Source: Rhynchopus sp. YZ270_cl-10 (taxonomy: Eukaryota). Taken from it: 64,000 nt of DNA. A program made the position numbers and the translations under genes. The stretch is taken from NCBI GenBank assembly GCA_964035575.1, contig OZ037847.1:992001-1056000 (forward strand), written 5' to 3'. This document shows, piece after piece, positions 1 through 12,181 of the stretch (its first letter is position 1; each line of letters opens with the position of its first letter). Below the pieces are notes generated by a model. The model saw only the letters and a program-made list of their open reading frames with translations. It was not told the origin of the DNA and did no database searches.

Positions 1-263
1 AGGAAGGTCAATCCATTGACAAAACCACCAACGCCATGCAGTCTCTTGTTGAAGAGTCGCAGGCTGTGCTCAGTGCCCTCCGCACCCAAACCTCTGCTTT
101 CCAACGCATGTCAAAACGCCTCACAACAGTTGTCGAGTCCTCCAGTCTCTCCCGCTCCATCCTCCAAACTATATCACGCACAGAACGAACCGATGCACTG
201 ATTGTCTACGTCGGCATGTTTGTGATTACCTTTGTCATGCTCTTGATTTGGTGGTACAGATAG
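1..263 (+). CDS. GOSR2: 3' part of a Qb-SNARE, membrin/Bos1 (GOSR2)-like; 5' end lies outside the window
   Basis: SNARE-like heptads (SLVEESQAVLSALRTQ...LSRSILQTISRTERTD) followed by a C-terminal TM anchor (LIVYVGMFVITFVMLLIWWYR*). Resembles the membrin C-terminus from recall. Confidence 0.65.
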   Translation, partial: EGQSIDKTTNAMQSLVEESQAVLSALRTQTSAFQRMSKRLTTVVESSSLSRSILQTISRTERTDALIVYVGMFVITFVMLLIWWYR

Positions 264-1235
264 GATGCCTGGGTGTTTTCTGAATATTCTTTTGAAAATG
301 TGCGTTCATTTCATCTTAAAAGGTGCTCATTTGCAATCATGAGGAACGTTCCTGCGACGGATGCTGCCCAACGAAGAGTACCACCACCTAGGATTGAAAA
401 GGGTGGGGTGATGGGGGAGGATGAAACGAGTTGGGAGCAAGGCAGTGGTGTGCAGTGGTTGAGCGGAAGAGGATGGATGTTAGGGACATCTTATAAACTT
501 TTTCTTTATTTTTTTTGGTACCAACCGCGTACATATTACAGTGGACACGTATTATGTCCGGCGAATATTTTATTTTTTTTTGCAATAGAGCATAAGTAGA
601 GATCTGGCTGGGCCCCGCTATTCATTATCCCCCCCCCTTTTTTTTTTTGCATTTCGTTCTCATTTGCGCGTATCTTCCTTTTCTCAGGTGCGTGTTCGAC
701 AAAAAAAAAAAATAATAGCGGCTTCATTTTTCCCCCTAAGGTGTGCATGAATGAGAGAGGGCGCATTCCTCTTTCAAGTTTTCGTTGTTTTTTAGTGCCT
801 CCTCTAGTACTTGGTGAGGCGTTTTCACTTTAAACGTCTCCTATATTGTCACATATGTGCACGAGAGGCAGACATTCGTCTTTCAAGTTTTCTTTTTTTC
901 CCTTTTTGGAAGCAACGTATAAATGAGAGACTTTCTCTCCCCTACCCATTAGAAAGATGTTCCTATCGCTATGAGGGAAAACAGTTTTCTTTCAACTTTT
1001 CAACTTCGTTTTCAAAAATTTCCTTCTTCCTCTTCCATCTCTTCCACTCTGACTCTTTTGCTTTCCCCAAGCATTACCTTTCAAACCGAGCCCCAACTAG
1101 CCTCAATTTAACCCAAAAAAAACGGACCTCCCCCCTTTTTCTTTATATCTCTTCCCTCCTTCGCACTCCCAAAAACCCTCTTTTTTTTTATCAATGCAGG
1201 GGGGGAATTTTATTTTATCTTCCCTTCTCTTTTTG

Positions 1236-2513
1236 ATGAGAAAGACAGTGTTTGCCTTATTTGCAGCATTTCTCTGTATTGAATGCTTGACACAGTGGGT
1301 TTTGGTTGGGGTTTCGGAGGGGGGTGTGGAAGGGGGTGTGTGGGTGGGGGCACATGGAATCCCGCTTCGCATCGCTGAACAGCACATTCTCTGTGGGAAG
1401 GCAGATGTACTGCGGGGTGCCTTACTCTATGCACTACCTTATGCATCAATAGCGGGGCACCATGTGCACAGTGCAATGACAGTCCTCACAACAGCCTTCA
1501 GTCTCAACCGGTCTGAAGCGATTCCTGAGGACAAAACCTGCCCTGTCTCTGACCCAACGGAAACTGCACCGCTGAACCACATCATTGACGAAACCGAATT
1601 GATTGCAAAAACCGTTTTTATTGTGTTCAACACACACGATATGGTGGTGGCTGGGGTAGGTGATGCCCGGTTTGGGGTGGGCACGGTCCCGAATATTGTC
1701 GCACTTCGACGAGAGGTTGAAGAACAACGTGACAACGTCTATCACCCAGGGGACGTCCTGCAGGGTGAAACGTACTATGCACAGAACGTTACGCTAGGTC
1801 TGTTCACGATAGCAAACGACATTGCTGCTGTGGTGGAGATGATGTGCCGTTGGGAGGTGATTCCTTTGGACTATTCATTTGATTCAGAACTGAAGGAAAT
1901 GGGGTTTGGGAGGAAGGGGGGGAAGCCTGATCCTCGGGGATGGGTTTTTGCCTGGCAACCCAGCGGCAGTGGCACCGCAGGTGATGGGGTGCTGCGTCGT
2001 GCACGACACCTGGCTGCGGTTATCCCTGCAGGGGAGTACACCATGAGGGGGAGGTACCAAAGGAATGGGAATATTATCGACAATACAATACTCAAAGGAC
2101 GGAGACCACTAAGGGACTTTGCGATAAATGGGTCTGGTCTCAGTTGGAGTCTCGAATGGGGCACTCCAGAGGCAATGGTCTGCATTTGTGTGCTGCAGTG
2201 TGCGTTTCTGGTGTTAGTATGGAGCCTTGCCGTGTGGTTTAAAAAGGTGTCGCTGTTCATTGCGATCGTTGTAGTCCCGATCTTTGTTGTTTCTGTGGTG
2301 ATATTGGATTTTGTGGTGTGGGGGCCAAAAATGCTTCTTAGTCGTGGTGCAGAGAACGCAAAGGGGGTGCTCCTTGCAGTGGCGTGTGTGGCTGGTGTTT
2401 CTGGGCTCTGTGGTGGGAGAGAGGAGGTGGTGGTGGTACCACGTCGTGATATCACCACAAGCATGCCATATGAATATACACCACGTTTTCAGCATATTCC
2501 AAAAAATCCCTGA
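1236..2513 (+). CDS. Hypothetical membrane protein with an N-terminal signal/anchor and about 3 C-terminal TM helices
   Basis: Long ORF 1194-2513; probable ATG at 1236 (MRKTVFALFAAFLCIEC). Hydrophobic segments near the C-terminus; no family recognised. Confidence 0.65.
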   Translation: MRKTVFALFAAFLCIECLTQWVLVGVSEGGVEGGVWVGAHGIPLRIAEQHILCGKADVLRGALLYALPYASIAGHHVHSAMTVLTTAFSLNRSEAIPEDKTCPVSDPTETAPLNHIIDETELIAKTVFIVFNTHDMVVAGVGDARFGVGTVPNIVALRREVEEQRDNVYHPGDVLQGETYYAQNVTLGLFTIANDIAAVVEMMCRWEVIPLDYSFDSELKEMGFGRKGGKPDPRGWVFAWQPSGSGTAGDGVLRRARHLAAVIPAGEYTMRGRYQRNGNIIDNTILKGRRPLRDFAINGSGLSWSLEWGTPEAMVCICVLQCAFLVLVWSLAVWFKKVSLFIAIVVVPIFVVSVVILDFVVWGPKMLLSRGAENAKGVLLAVACVAGVSGLCGGREEVVVVPRRDITTSMPYEYTPRFQHIPKNP

Positions 2514-2681
2514 ATATAATGATATCTGTATCAGAGGCGTTTTTTACACCCTTGAAACACCCCCAAGGACCAACCTCATATCGTTTTGCACTCATTGAAT
2601 TTCCAAAGCAACCCTGGTTTGCAGAAGCCAATTTCGCTTTTATTTCTCACCCTTTCTCAACCCATTTTTTCTTCCCTTTAA

Positions 2682-4282
2682 CCCTATACACCCCAAGAGC
2701 CACTTTAATGGCTTTCGAAATGACGCCATGCTGTTAGACAGGTTCAACTCATTTTTGTAAAAACATTTTTTTTATGTGGAAAGAATTTGCACCGATCTTT
2801 CAAAAGAAGCAAGAGTCGAAAACTTTTATGCATCGGATATTACTTTCGGTGCTGGGGGCTGGGGTGCTACTTTCACCAAAAGTGACGTTTTTTCACCCAC
2901 ACCCCCAATCTGTACCTTTCGCGATACCCAATGCCGCCAAGCCCTTAGTCGGGTTCTACCCATTTTCGTGAACACAAATTTTTATACATTTCGAAAGATT
3001 TTTCGCCGATCTTTCAAAAGAAGCAAGAATCGAAAACTTTTATGCATCGGATATTACTTTCGATGCTGGGGGGAGGCGGGGGTGGGGGTGTGAGCACCCC
3101 TGTGACCCCCCCATATTCTAAAATCTGTAAGACAACGTGCTCTGACATAGGTTCTACTCATTTTCGTAAAAACACTTTTTTTATGTTGAAAGAATTTGCA
3201 CCGATCTTTCAAAAGAAGCAAAAATCGAAAACTTTTGTGCATCTGATATTACTTTCGATGCTGGGGGGAGTAGTACCACTTTTCACGGCCCTTTGGACGG
3301 GCACCCCCTATTCTGGTTCCTCAATGACACCCCATGCTCTGTATGAGGTTCTACTCGTTTTCGTTAAAATATTTTTATATATTTCAAAGATTTTGACACG
3401 AATCTTTCAAAAGAAACAAGAATCGAAAACTTTTACGCATCTGATTGCACTTTGGATCTGTGTACTGCTACCCACCCAAGAGGCACCCCTTCGACCCGAA
3501 GGACATGGTTATGACTAGGGGTCATCATGATCTGATAATGGTTCTGCTTGTTTTCGTAAAAATCCTTTGGTTTAGAGGGAAACTATTTGACTCAAATCTT
3601 TTAAAATAAGCAAAAATCGAAAACCTTTGTGCATCTGTTTGCCATTTGGATACTGGGGCGAGTTGCCACCAAAACCACAAAAACACCCCACACACACGAC
3701 CTATGCAGATCACACAGTAAGCCGAATTTTCACTGTTTTTTCGTATTTCGGGGTGCTTTTTTCATGGATTTTCGGGTCACAGGGTTGTTCCGACCCATTC
3801 TGGGGGCTTTCGACCTCAGGAGATGCCCAAATTGTGAAAAATCGCCCATTTTTTACGTTTTTAGACATGTTTCAGTGTAAATCGTTAAGGAAACCAGTTT
3901 TAGACATGGCTGCTAACAGAGCTGCACTCATATAAGTTGGGTTCTACTAGGACTTTTTGCTCGATTTTTTTTTCTTTGAAAAGATTTTGTGATCAATCTT
4001 TCAAATAACGCCATTTTCGGACAACAATAATTTACGTGTTTTTCCTCGGCCGGCCGAATTAGTCAAAAACCAAAAAGTGGATTTTATGCTTACCTCATTT
4101 CGGGGATAACATTTTTTTTCGAAAAAAAACTTAAAAAAATGGAATTGAAAGCCGTGTTCAAAATCTTTCAATTGCGGCCAGGTACGATCAAAAATTTGCA
4201 TCTGGGGTCCCCTTACCGGTTGGAGAGCCCCAAAAACCAAAACTCAAAAGTGGCTTGAAAAAACGGCTTGGGAGGTATAGGG
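2682..4282. mobile_element. Non-autonomous piggyBac-type element, 1.6 kb
   Basis: TTAA at 2678-2681 and 4283-4286. Termini CCCTATACACCCCAAG (left) and CCCTATACCTCCCAAG (right, reverse complement). Internal inverted repeat AGCCACTTT is spaced asymmetrically at the two ends. No transposase ORF. Confidence 0.9.
2740..4005. repeat. Diverged ~200-bp tandem repeat inside the piggyBac-type element
   Basis: Unit GGTTCTACTCATTTTCGTAAAA...GATCTTTCAAAAGAAGCAAGAATCGAAAACTTTTATGCATC starts near 2740, 2952, 3150, 3346 and 3540, with a partial copy near 3940. Confidence 0.85.
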
Positions 4283-4310
4283 TTAACTTCCACAACAGAA
4301 ACACTACACA

Positions 4311-5285
4311 ATGGACGGAGACGAACGACTTCGCAGCGAAGTGTCACGCCTTTGTTTACAACTCAAACGGCAGCGGGGCGATGCCAGCAGGTCTTCCTCT
4401 GCGAGGTGCGAACCAACACCACTACCGGAGGCGACACTTGCAGCACTGCCACCTGCTATGTCCATTGCGAATTCTTCTCCTGCTCTACAGCCTATGCGGA
4501 CACCTACGCTACCTTTTGCAACGCATATGACTGCTACACCACCTCCACGCGACATCGAAATCAACGGCCTTCTTCGCGAACTCCACGAACAGCGCACCCA
4601 AACTATTGACCGCGACTTAGTCATCGAAAACCAACTCCGCCAGCACGACGCCATGCAGCAACAGATCGCAGAGCTGCAGCAACGTCTCCCGCAGGCTGCC
4701 CCCATCCCCCACCCGCACCCTCCACAACCCCTACGCCAACCGACCTTCACCCAGCAGCCCCTCCCCTATGAAGCTGAAGACCTCATCGCATACCCCTCCG
4801 ACAGCACCGAACTGCCTGCACCAGATTGCCTCAGAGCGCCTCTCGGTCCACATTGCATGTCGGAGTCTTCTGGGGTGTACCCGAGGAGGGAGTACATGGT
4901 GCCTGCAGTGGAGGGGGTAGGGGAGGTGGGGGAGGTCGGGATGTTGGAAGGATTGCATCCAGAGGATCGGAGGGAGATTCTTGCTGAAGTAGCGCAAAGA
5001 ATGCACGACCGGAAGAAGAGGAAGAAGTCTGCAAAGAAGCTGCGAAGAAAGGCGCGAGAAGAACGAGAGGAAAGAGAGCAAATAGAACGGTACCACACAA
5101 ACCTCGCTACGACTGTCATTGTGCCGCCTTATTACCCAATGCGTACAGTGCCGTATGGGGGTGGAGGAGGAGTGGGTGAAGGTCTCAGCGTGCAAACCTG
5201 CCATTCCTGCAGAGGGACCGGAGTGCAGCACACACTCGAAGCGCCATTGCCGCGTCATGACTCGGTGGGGTCGCTATTGCCGTAG
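4311..5285 (+). CDS. Hypothetical protein with coiled-coil, Pro-rich and basic segments
   Basis: 324-aa GC-rich ORF; an ACAG acceptor lies just before the ATG. Confidence 0.7.
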   Translation: MDGDERLRSEVSRLCLQLKRQRGDASRSSSARCEPTPLPEATLAALPPAMSIANSSPALQPMRTPTLPFATHMTATPPPRDIEINGLLRELHEQRTQTIDRDLVIENQLRQHDAMQQQIAELQQRLPQAAPIPHPHPPQPLRQPTFTQQPLPYEAEDLIAYPSDSTELPAPDCLRAPLGPHCMSESSGVYPRREYMVPAVEGVGEVGEVGMLEGLHPEDRREILAEVAQRMHDRKKRKKSAKKLRRKAREEREEREQIERYHTNLATTVIVPPYYPMRTVPYGGGGGVGEGLSVQTCHSCRGTGVQHTLEAPLPRHDSVGSLLP

Positions 5286-5620
5286 AGAATGTAATATTCC
5301 CCCCCAAATGTATTTCCAACCCAATAGACTTTATGAAAAAAATAGTGGGGGTTTTGATCGGATTGTTTTTTTGAGAGAGGAGAGGGAGAAGGAGACCAAT
5401 TATTTTCTAGTTCCAACATTATTTGTGAGCCCCGAATGCGCCAAAAAAGTTTTGTTGTGTATTGCAGGCTGTCATATAGGTGAGTCTTTTTGTTTCATCT
5501 CACACCTTTTAGCTGCCCATCTATCAATTTTTCTTTTCTTAGATGATGGATGTCATCTTTCAAAAGTATATCCCTCATTTTCACCATATTTTCCAGGGGA
5601 GGGGAAGAGGTGGGGACACA

Positions 5621-8600
5621 ATGGCAGACAGCACAGACTTCGGCGAGGTTGCAGATGTGTCGAACTCGACTGCGTTCATCTCGTTGAACACCCTCCTTGA
5701 GGAGGGCCTCGTCACACAGGAGCGGGCCTTGGTGTTACAGCAGCAGTACCGCCAGCTGCATGACAAGATTCTGCAGATCTACAACAACGATGGCTACCTT
5801 TTAAAGAAGGGACGGCAGTTGAAGAAAGTCCTTGAGCAGGAGAAGACCAAGGTGGAGAAATGCGGAGAACTTGCACGGGAGGATGACAACACTATACAAT
5901 CCTTAAAGAAAGAGCTGGCCGTGGCCGAAACCGACCTGGCTGTTGCACAGGAACGTGAAAGCATGTTTCAGGTGGAGACGATCGAGCTGGAGCGGAAGAA
6001 GCTTACCCTCCAGGAGGAAGTGGACACAACGATTGCAGAGGAGGAGTCACGCATGAAGCCTCGCATGGAGATGCTAATGAAGAGCATCACACTTCTGCGA
6101 GAGGAGATTGAGAAGACAGCAGAGCAGTTTCAACGTCTCAAAGACCTGCGTGAGGAGAGCATCGAGCGGGATGCAGTCACCAAAACGGAGATGGACAACA
6201 TCGACAAGGAACTCTACAAAAAGAAGCTCAGCCTTACCAAGCTCGCCAACGAACCTGACCGTGCCGCCAAGCAAGCAGAGATCGTTCACAAAGCATACCA
6301 AACCGCAGGAAAGGAGAACTCCTCTCTCAAGGAAAAGCTGCTCAGCCAGACAACATTAGTGCAAGAGCTTGAGACAAAGCGTAAAAATATGGAGGACCAA
6401 CGCTATGACCTTGCTGTCATGCTTGAGACCCAGCGAACCGCAATCGAGCAACGCGAAAAGCTTATGGACAGCATCGAAGCGCATCTCGAAGCTGCACGCG
6501 CAGAAGGTCTCCAGCACCAAACAAACCAAACCCAGCTAGACTCAGAGCTCAAATCAAAGCAAGTAGACCTTCTCCACCTTAAAGACCAGATCTCCAAAGT
6601 CACCAAAGAGAAGGACCAATCCTTGCGTCTTTGCAAACGCATCGAGCAGACGAAGAACGAGCTCGCAAATGAGCGTGAGATTGCGAAGAAGCAGAAAGAC
6701 ATCTTGCAGCGGGAGTGTCTTCACATCCAATCTGTGCGCAACAAATGGGCCATTGACTTAGAGGAGTTGAAGCGGGATGTGGACATATTGATCAACAGCT
6801 ACCTGAAGGAGGAGATGCTGGAGAAGCAGGCTGCAACGGAGTTGGGGAAGATCAACCGTGAGATCAAGAGTTTGGACCTTGAGGTGGCGACAATGCATGA
6901 GTGTGAGGTTGAGCTCAACAGACGTGCCAGCGATCTTGGCATTCTGCGTGAAAACAAATCAAGAGAATCGTCCAAAAACCAAACCAAAGTCGCGAACGCA
7001 AAAGGAGAACTCAAAGTCAAAGTCGTTGTCATCAAGGAACTCCAAAAGCGCAACACAGAACTCAAAACCCGTCTCGACCAAATCACCGAAATGTACAGCG
7101 TCGTCAAACGCGAGCGATCAAACAAAGCCGCCATGATCCAATCCGCCAGCCAAGCCATGAGCGAGACTCAAGAGAAGATCAAGATCCTCGAGAACGAGCT
7201 CGAGGTCCTCCGCCGTGAGTCGCAGAACAAAGACCGCGAGCTCATGAAGGTGCGTCGCGACCTGCACGACGAGAAGACCAACTGCGAGAACCTCCGTGTC
7301 GAAAGCAACAAGAAGTCCGCAGAATACAAGGAAAAGAAGAAGCTCATCCAGGAGCAGCGTTCGCAGATCACAAAGCTGAACACCGTGATCAACCTGACGG
7401 AGGAGCAGATGCTTATGCTGAAGCGGAAGTACGAGGAGGCGGTTGAGAACCGCAACTTCACTGGTATCCAGCTCATTGACAGAAACGACGAGCTCTGCAT
7501 CCTGTACGAGAAGGCGAACATCCAGGAGACGATTCTGAAGAAGGGCCAGGTCATGCTCAAGCAGCGTGAGGAGGAGATCCGCGGTGTCGCTGTGCAGCTG
7601 GCAGACCTGCAACGCGAGATCGACATCTGCCAGAAGCTTCTCCCGCAGGTACGTGCCCTGGAGGAGGACTGCGAGCGGTACGCCAACATGATCACCGACG
7701 AGCAGTGGCGTGTTGAGTGCTTGGAACGTGCCATAGTGTCGCCACGCAACACATCACGGTGGCGCAAGCTTTCTGCCGTTGCCAAAGGAAACAAAAACGT
7801 TCAAGTCTCTGTCGCAGGCTCTGAGGCACCAAAATGCACTGTCTCCCGCAAGGAGAGGGCAGAAGGCGTAGAGCCCCAAATCGAACGCGTCAGCAGCACC
7901 CGCGAAACCAGCACCGAGCTCATCGCAAAGGAACAACAACTCGAACACAAACTCGCAGAGGCAAACGAAAAGCTGATGGAAAAGAACCTCATTCTTGAAG
8001 AGGTCACCGAGCTTTCCAACAGACTCCGCAAGCAGGCCTCTAATGGGAAGGACTACACACTAGCCTTGGCAAAGAAGACCAACAACTACCAGCACACAAT
8101 CAAACAAAACACACGCAAGATGATGGCCACTCTTTCCGAACTTTCCATGGTCCAGGTATTTATACGAATTTCTCTTTATACCTACCCTCACAACTCAACA
8201 CACACAAGAAATCATCACAAAAAACATATTTAAAAGGAGATCACACAAAAGCGGTGACTACACGTTGTCAATTTATCAATTTATCAAAAATGACAAAAAA
8301 TCTCAAATATCAACCCTCCCCCAATAGGCAACAAGCATAAAACTTGAGATGGATTTGACTCAAGAAAAAGAGAAGCTGAACACAGCGAAGGAGCGTCTGG
8401 GGTTGGGCCTTCCTCCTACGGAGAATATTGAGCAGGAGTTTGAACGGACAATATATGACACACAAAGGAGACAAGAAATGCTTGAGACACGCAAGCTGGC
8501 CCTAGAGAACCACAGAAACGACCCCACAGTGGTCACCAGAACCACAGCAGAGCAACGCCCCAATGCATACATCCCCGACGGCGACATCATGTTACCAAAG

Positions 8601-8699
8601 CCTTACGGTGCACACCCACCTCTCAAGCCTACCAGCGAAAACAACAACGCCTACAGATTCTTCAAAAGACCAAAGGTCGAGGAAATTTCCTTTGACTGA
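5621..8699 (+). CDS. CCDC146: Coiled-coil flagellar/basal-body protein CCDC146 (MBO2)-like; exons 5621-8155 and 8328-8699
   Basis: Long coiled coil with RNFTGIQLIDRNDELCILYEK and C-terminal TTAEQRPNAYIP...LPKPYGAHPP. GT-AG intron 8156-8327 joins in frame (LSMVQ|ATSIKL). Confidence 0.85.
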
Positions 8700-9532
8700 A
8701 AGGCTCCGCCTGGAAGGAGGGGGTGGGTGGGGGCTGAGAGCAGCATTGGTTATTGCCTCCGTATTCTTGCCTGGTTATGTTTTGTATTTTTTTTATTGAA
8801 AAATATGCCGCGAAGTCGTTTCAAGATTTGTTGCTTTTCCGGGGCTGGCATCGTGGGTCAGTCGGAGTGTGTCTGCATCAATAACTACAGTTTATTGTCG
8901 TGCTGTGGAGGGGAAAACAAGAGCGGATACACCGATTGGGTTTTGCAACCATTGTATGGTGCATGAGGTCCATCTTTCAAGCTTTCTATTCTCCACTCAT
9001 GGGCCCGCGGATAGGAGACTGGAGAGAGGCGGCTTTCTTGTCCTATATTTGTCTTTTAATTTTGGAAAGAAAAAGGGGAAGAAAAAAAAAACGTTTATTT
9101 TGCTGAAAACGCAAAGTGACGCAGTAGAAAGGGAGGGAAAGGAGGGGGTTATTCGTGTCCGGATTCATTTGGGCAAAGCTCTTTTCATTTTGTTTTTTTG
9201 TTTTGTTCCCCCCCCCTCTAAAGCCGGCAGTGGAGGAACTCTCAACAAAAAAAAAAAGGGCAGCAACAAAACATAATCGATTACAGTAATTTTTTTGTTG
9301 GACACCTTTTAATACATTAGTTCAGAGTTTCACTGTACGAGTTTTTTTCCTCCCCCCCTGGTTTCTGCCTGGAAAAAAAAAGTGGGTGTCTTTTCAGACA
9401 TCCTGAGCACATGCAAAGTTAGGGGTCAGTAATTATGAAAATCGTCATCCTCCCTCCCCTCTTTTTTTTCATTCCCACATTTCAACCCCACCCTCCTCTC
9501 AAGCATTCACTGACAGGATACACTGGACATAC

Positions 9533-9787
9533 ATGGAAATAAAGGTGAAGCAGGTTCATTCTGTAGGGCACTGGACATGGGACCAAGAGGATGATACATG
9601 CGGTATCTGCCGTGTTCCGTTTGAATCGTGCTGTCCAGACTGCAAATACCCCGGCGACTCTTGCCCCTTGGTGAAGGGGACCTGCAACCACCCCTTCCAC
9701 ATGCACTGTATTCTTAAATGGGTCGAGCAAAACGCACAGCGCCAGGTGTGCCCAATGTGCAGAAGCGACTGGCATTTTAAGAGCTGA
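9533..9787 (+). CDS. APC11: Anaphase-promoting complex subunit 11 (RING-H2)
   Basis: WTWD...CGICRVPFESCCPDCKYPGDSCPLVKGTCNHPFHMHCILKW...CPMCR, 84 aa. Confidence 0.95.
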   Translation: MEIKVKQVHSVGHWTWDQEDDTCGICRVPFESCCPDCKYPGDSCPLVKGTCNHPFHMHCILKWVEQNAQRQVCPMCRSDWHFKS

Positions 9788-10250
9788 CCCGACACCACTA
9801 CCCGACCCCCTTTCTGCCTTAGATTATTTTACAAAAAAAAAGAAAGAACGGACATTTCTCCCTCATCCCGACATCCCACAACAATTCTAACCACGAGAGA
9901 GTGGACCCATCTTACCAAATTTTCTGAAAATGTGTGCAGACGTGATGTAATGGGAACTCCCGCGGTATCTCTAGTGGGGTACCGGAATTCACAGTAGAGT
10001 GGTCTCACCCTCAGGGGTGGCTGCATTCCTCTTCAGAACGGGTGCTCCATCCTATTTTTAAAAACGTTTATTAGCAGAGTGTTCTCATCCTGTGTGGCAC
10101 ACTGTAGTTGTTTAGTTCTGGTTCTGCCTAGTTCAACTTCTGGCATACCGCCTTGATCCGTAGCTCGTCTGCTACATTGACCAAGCGTCAACCCCATCAT
10201 TGCCCGCACGATAACGGTGGTGAATAGCAGTGCAGGACACATTCATCTAA

Positions 10251-10289
10251 GGGTTTGCGGGTTTGCGGGTTTGCGGGTTTGCGGGTTTG
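10251..10289 (+). repeat. (GGGTTTGC)x5 tandem repeat
   Basis: Directly visible. Confidence 0.95.
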
Positions 10290-10432
10290 AGGTACATTGT
10301 CATGAGCGGGCTTTGTATTTCAAGTCAAATTTGGGTTTTTTTCTCTTCTTTTTTTGTTCACACTTCACCACCTTCAGACACTCTATTTAACATACACCAA
10401 AAGCTCTTCTCAGAAGGCTGTTTGAAGACAAC

Positions 10433-11065
10433 ATGCCGTCCGCTCCTTCATCTGCAACGTCGCTCAGTGGGAGCATACGCTTCGAGGAGGTCGACACTGT
10501 GAGGAAGTTCATTGGCGACGTCTTCGACGACGACGACGACGCAGCCCTTGCCGCAGCAATGGGCAGACGCAGCTTCTCACAGCCCCCTCTCCCCCCATCC
10601 GAAGCCCCCAAACGCCGCAACAGAAGCGAAACTATGTGCAAATTCGTTCGCTCTGTCTTCGACGACGATGGTGCAGGCATCACACCTTCCGTCAGCGAAT
10701 CCGACCTTTTCAGTGAAGACATGACAACGCGCAAGAGAGGAAACTCATGCACTGCAATGACCGACGAGGGTGTTGATGAGATGTGCCGTTGGGCAGATGG
10801 CGTGTTTGGAATGACGGAGGATGAAATGAAAGGACACCAGCAGCAACATCAACAAGAGGCGGAAGCACTCAAAGCGGCTAGGGTTGGAAGCAACAACAGC
10901 CAAGTACCGCACTCCGCTGACTCATCAATGAGTGGCTCCATGTCCCTTAGCTCTGCCGGCTGTGATGCCGAAATGAAAAAGCAAATAGCCGACACCCTAG
11001 CCCTAGTAAAGGCCGCAAGAAAGGAAAAGAAAATCCGTAAGGAGCAGGAAATGCGGTCCAACTAA
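10433..11065 (+). CDS. Hypothetical low-complexity protein with a short internal repeat (KFIGDVFDDD / KFVRSVFDDD / RWADGVFG)
   Basis: 210-aa ORF with coding-like composition. Confidence 0.7.
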   Translation: MPSAPSSATSLSGSIRFEEVDTVRKFIGDVFDDDDDAALAAAMGRRSFSQPPLPPSEAPKRRNRSETMCKFVRSVFDDDGAGITPSVSESDLFSEDMTTRKRGNSCTAMTDEGVDEMCRWADGVFGMTEDEMKGHQQQHQQEAEALKAARVGSNNSQVPHSADSSMSGSMSLSSAGCDAEMKKQIADTLALVKAARKEKKIRKEQEMRSN

Positions 11066-12181
11066 AACACCCTCTTTATCACCAAGAAAAGAAAAAATGA
11101 GGGAAATATGGTTCAAACCACCCCTCATATGTCTCTTCTTAATGGTTTTTGGTGTTTTTTTTTATTTTTGTCGATATTTTGTGAGCATTTTCCAAAGGTG
11201 CCGACAATGCTGATGAAGACTGTAGGTTATATTACTCGAACAGATTAATAAAATGACTCTCGCGTTTTGGGGAAGAACCCATTTTTGGTGGGGTAATTTT
11301 TTTGTTGAAACAAAAAAAATGCTGTCAGGACATTTGCCGATAGCACTGCCCATACTTCCACCCCCTTAAAGAAGAGATCGGAGACTACAGATGCATGACT
11401 CCAGTTTTTTTAAATTCATTGCAAAAAAAAAAGGTGGTTTCTTTTCCAACGTTTACCTCTTCTCCCTCTCACATATCCCCTAGTCAGTTTTGGTTCTTAT
11501 TCAGGCATGCTGCAAAGTTAACTCTCATGGTAGTAAAAATCAATGTGCCATCTTTGTCGTTTTTGGATGACTAAGCAATGTGGAGCTTAGTCCCGTAGTA
11601 GTAATGTTGGAACGCTCAAAAAAAAAAACTCTCAGCGTTCCAACATTTTTACTACTACGGTATCAGTATTTTTTTTTCTCTTTTTTTATTTTTTTTTGCG
11701 ATTCTGAGGCACCTCGCATTCTTCTCTCGCTAAGGCCTTCCTCAGGTTCATCTTTTGTTTGCATATCACTATAACACAACAAAGTAACTGTGTCTTTAGC
11801 GGTATTTGTTTGTCATTTTTTTTTTTTTTGAAAGAATTTTTCAATTTTCTCTTTCTTTTACAGTTTTTCCCTCTACCGTTTTTATAGATATTGTCGTCTG
11901 CGTGCAACACGATAGAGTAATCGGCGCAATACATTGAAGTAAAGTAGCCCTGGGAGTGACGGTTGAGCAACAAAGGTAGTGGAACACACTCTAGGGTGCC
12001 TACACTAATACAACCAAGTCTTCAAAAAAGGTGGATACCTTGCTCGAGATGGCAAATGCATGATCCAACCACACTAACTCCAACATTATTTTTTTCACAC
12101 AAAAAAAGAAAAAGAAAAAAAACACCAATTCTCAGCATTTCAAAATTGATAACGAAAAAAAAACACTACACCCCTTCCACC

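Noticed and set aside
2740..4005. Repeat-spacer appearance suggesting a CRISPR array
   Set aside because: Units are about 200 bp, diverged and inside a transposon; the context is eukaryotic and there are no cas genes.
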